From Anthoceros angustus (lineage: Eukaryota; Plantae; Anthocerotophyta), in assembly GCA_010909165.1 (NCBI GenBank), contig MU008224.1, positions 113,098 to 177,097 of the forward strand: 64,000 bases of DNA, given 5' to 3'. Shown piece by piece: positions 61,188-64,000 of this stretch; position 1 is the first letter of the stretch; each line of letters starts with the position of its first letter. The notes under the pieces were generated by a model, which worked only from the letters and a program-made list of their open reading frames with translations, did not search any database and had not been told where the DNA came from. The translations under genes and the position numbers were made by a program.

Positions 61188-62532
61188 CTACCTCGGTTGT
61201 CTGGGCCACCTTCGTGGCCCGTCGCGCTTCTGCCAGCGCTTTGCCCAAGGACTCTGCTCCAACCTTAGGAGCGCATCTGCTGCTCCAACCAAGGAGCGCG
61301 TCCGCCGTTTCTCTGCCGGCGCTTCCATTGCTGCCGTCGCCAACGCCATAGCGGGCTTCTTCCTTGTAGGTCCACCCTTTGTCTTCGACTTCTCTCCATC
61401 CCTAGCTGACTCCTTTGGACGAAGCTTTGGACGAGCTTGCCAACAGGTCATCTCGATATGACTCCATCTCTTGCACGCCTTGCAATTCTCCTTGCCCTTT
61501 GATGCTCCGGACGCAGAATCATGACGGTGCGGAGCATCAAAGCAAGAGCGTGCGTGATCTACTCTCATGATGCGGCTCCATGATGCCTATGTTGCAAACT
61601 TCTCCTTTGGTGTAGCAGGCTTTGAGTAGCCACACGACTGTCCTTGCTGCCCATATCCCGACTTTTGTTGATATATGACTACAGTTGCACAGATGATTCT
61701 CCCTCACGATTGTGCCAATGATTCTTTGGTGACAATGTCTCCCTGGAGCACCTTTTGTGCTATCAGATATACTTCCTTCAACTCAATGCTTCTCCATGAA
61801 ACATATGCACAACATCAACAATCTTTCTACGATATCTAGAATTCATTGCTGCAATAAAAATTGCGGCAAATAATTTACTAGCATGGTTACCTCTTCCTCC
61901 TTTTCTTTCGCCATTCCTTGTGTTGTCGTGTCCACTGGCTTCTTCATTCTTTGCCTTGCACAAGCCCTGCGGACATAGTCAACTCCTTCTTCAATGATCT
62001 CATCCTTGATCTCCCATTAGCACATTAGTGCCTCACCTGCAAGTTAAGTAATTATCTTTCTGAATGCCACCTCTGCTGAGAACTACTCCTTGTATTTCAA
62101 TGGCTTTCCTCATGATTTTTATACTAATATCAGCTACTAGCTGCCTTAATCTGAGATATGCTGCTCTCAATGACTCACCAATTTGGAAGGAAAAACGTGA
62201 CAGCTCCTATATGTTTTCCAAGGAAGAAATGGGAAGCATTTCACTGAACTATTCAAAGGCCAAATTTACCAGATAATTTACTGGCATGGTTACCTCTTCC
62301 TCCTTTTCTTCTGCCATTCCTTCTCTTGACCGTGTCGCGGCTTCTTCATTTTCTTTGCATGCGGCCCTACGGACATAGTCAACTCCTTCTTCAACGCGAT
62401 CTGATCTCCATAGCACATTAGTCGTCACCGCAGTAAGTACTTATCTTCTCGAATGCCATCTCGGAAAGGCTCCTTGTATTTCAGCTTCATATCATCAAGA
62501 CCCCAGCGGAACTTCTCCTCAAAGTCCGCCAT
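61188..62532 (-). mobile_element. Degenerate retroelement gag with a CCHC zinc knuckle (contains a ~400 bp-period duplication, 61873-62100 / 62275-62485)
   Basis: CKACKRWSHIEMTC (C-x2-C-x4-H-x4-C) at ~61445-61486, and a putative start MADFEEKF at 62532. Frames are broken. Confidence 0.65.
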
Positions 62533-64000
62533 TGACATGGTTGCATGCATGCAGACTCATGAAGGCGGATGGCGAGGGGCCTAACCGATATGCCGTTTGT
62601 GGCGGGACTTTCGGCGATAAGCAGGCGCACAATCCGTGTCGTTGTAGGAAGTCAGTTCCCAAAGGAATGATAGGCTCCGTTTGCGTTTGGTGATTCTTAC
62701 CTCACTGCGCGTTCGGCCTCACACGCTACTACTACTTAGCGTTCACCGTCTGAGGCCGGTATGGCCGTTTAGGGACCCGTTCGCGTCCGTATCGTTCGTC
62801 ACTCACACTTCGATCCTTTCCTCTCTCCCTCACGCTACACTCCTCGGTCTTAGAAGGCAGCGCGGGTTACGGCCGGACCTCCTCGTCGTTCAGCGGGCCT
62901 CTCGTCCTCTGCCCTCCGGAGTTCCTCGGCTCACCACGTTCGATCCGTTCGGTCTTTGGGCGCTCCGGGCGAGCGGGTCACGATCACCCTTCCTGCGCAC
63001 ACCACAACCGTTAGGTCCGTCACGGGACCACGATCAATCTCCCGGGCTGCCTTTCGGTGACTCGGGACTCACGTTAGCAGAAGACACACAAGGTGCAAGC
63101 AGCGGCATCAACACCAAGAGAAGATTTATTGAGGCCTTGGCCCTCTTATACTACGCCGGTCGGCGCCTAGGTCATCGATGTACCGGGTGCATATGTTTGA
63201 TTACCTTCGATTTGCCGAGCGCCGATCCCGATCAACGAGCCGGATGCGCTCGTGCACCCCATCCACTAAGCCGGAGCTCCACCTCGGTGAAGGACCAAAA
63301 GAAAAAGTGAACAATTTGACGAGATCGCGATCGGTCCCAAGCCATCCTTGTCGAGCTACCGAGTTGAGAGCTGCTGAATCTTTAATGCTGCCCTTCAAAC
63401 CGTGTGCATTTGTCGTTGTCTTTGGAATGCGCGGGCCTATTAACTTTTTGTTGCCAATCGGCCGTGGGACATGTGTGCAAGATCCGCGAGTTGAAAGAAG
63501 CGCGTTTTATTAGCATGGCCACAAAAGGATGTCGAACGTGGAATGCCCTTGGATCCGGTCTTGCAAAATGTGGTGAGTCAAACATCACGCCACGCTTTTG
63601 ACAAGTCGAGGCACAAGGATGTGGTGAAAGGAATGCCTAAGGATCTAGCTCTTGTCGAGTAGGTTGCATATGCTTACGACGCTAAGGGAAGATGCTTAGG
63701 ATGCTAAGGATGGATGATTAGGATGCTAAGGACACATGCTTAGGATGCTAAGGGCGAGATAGCCGAGGATGGTAAGGCGGTGGCTCCTCCCACAAAGCCA
63801 ACATTATCCGAACCAAATTGTAAAGTTTCAAACATGAAAGACAAATCAAAAAGTAGTTTGAGTTATTTGAGTAGTCGGAATACATTATATAATATTAAAA
63901 ATAAATTAGAGTGATTGAAGAAATTCTTTGTCACTTTAAATAATTTTCAATAATAAATCATGATTAATGATCCTTGATTATTTAATTATAGTTTGAATTT

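Noticed and set aside
63018-63604. Possible 5' LTR of the gag-MTase element (cgtca...tgaca)
   Set aside because: No canonical PBS, no TSD and no matching copy downstream of the MTase.

Overview
Plant nuclear DNA with compact genes and 70-220 bp GT-AG introns; a non-seed plant such as a lycophyte is plausible, but that is an inference. The left ~40 kb is mostly transposable elements. It holds two opposed copies of an unknown element accessory gene, an intronless SPF30/SMNDC1 gene, a degenerate CACTA-like ORF, a truncated LTR element, a degenerate Sola1-like (DUF7869-type) transposase containing a (GC)45 tract, and a Copia 3' fragment. It also holds a young full-length Copia ('A', 21911-39551; 174-bp LTRs with 1 mismatch; TSD AGACC). 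A second Copia ('B', reverse strand, 224-bp LTRs) is nested in A's gag, and A itself sits in one of three 424-bp tandem copies of a GT92 gene's 3' end. The right ~24 kb is gene-rich: GT92/GALS-like, TBL/PC-esterase-like, CRAL-TRIO, an F-box pseudogene, an intronless ELP2 and TKPR2-like. It ends with the most notable feature, a decayed intronless DNMT3-type cytosine methyltransferase lying downstream of a CCHC gag on the same strand, which looks like a retroelement-borne DNA methyltransferase. Many frameshifts and 0.4-1.8 kb tandem duplications inside the repeats may be assembly or consensus errors.
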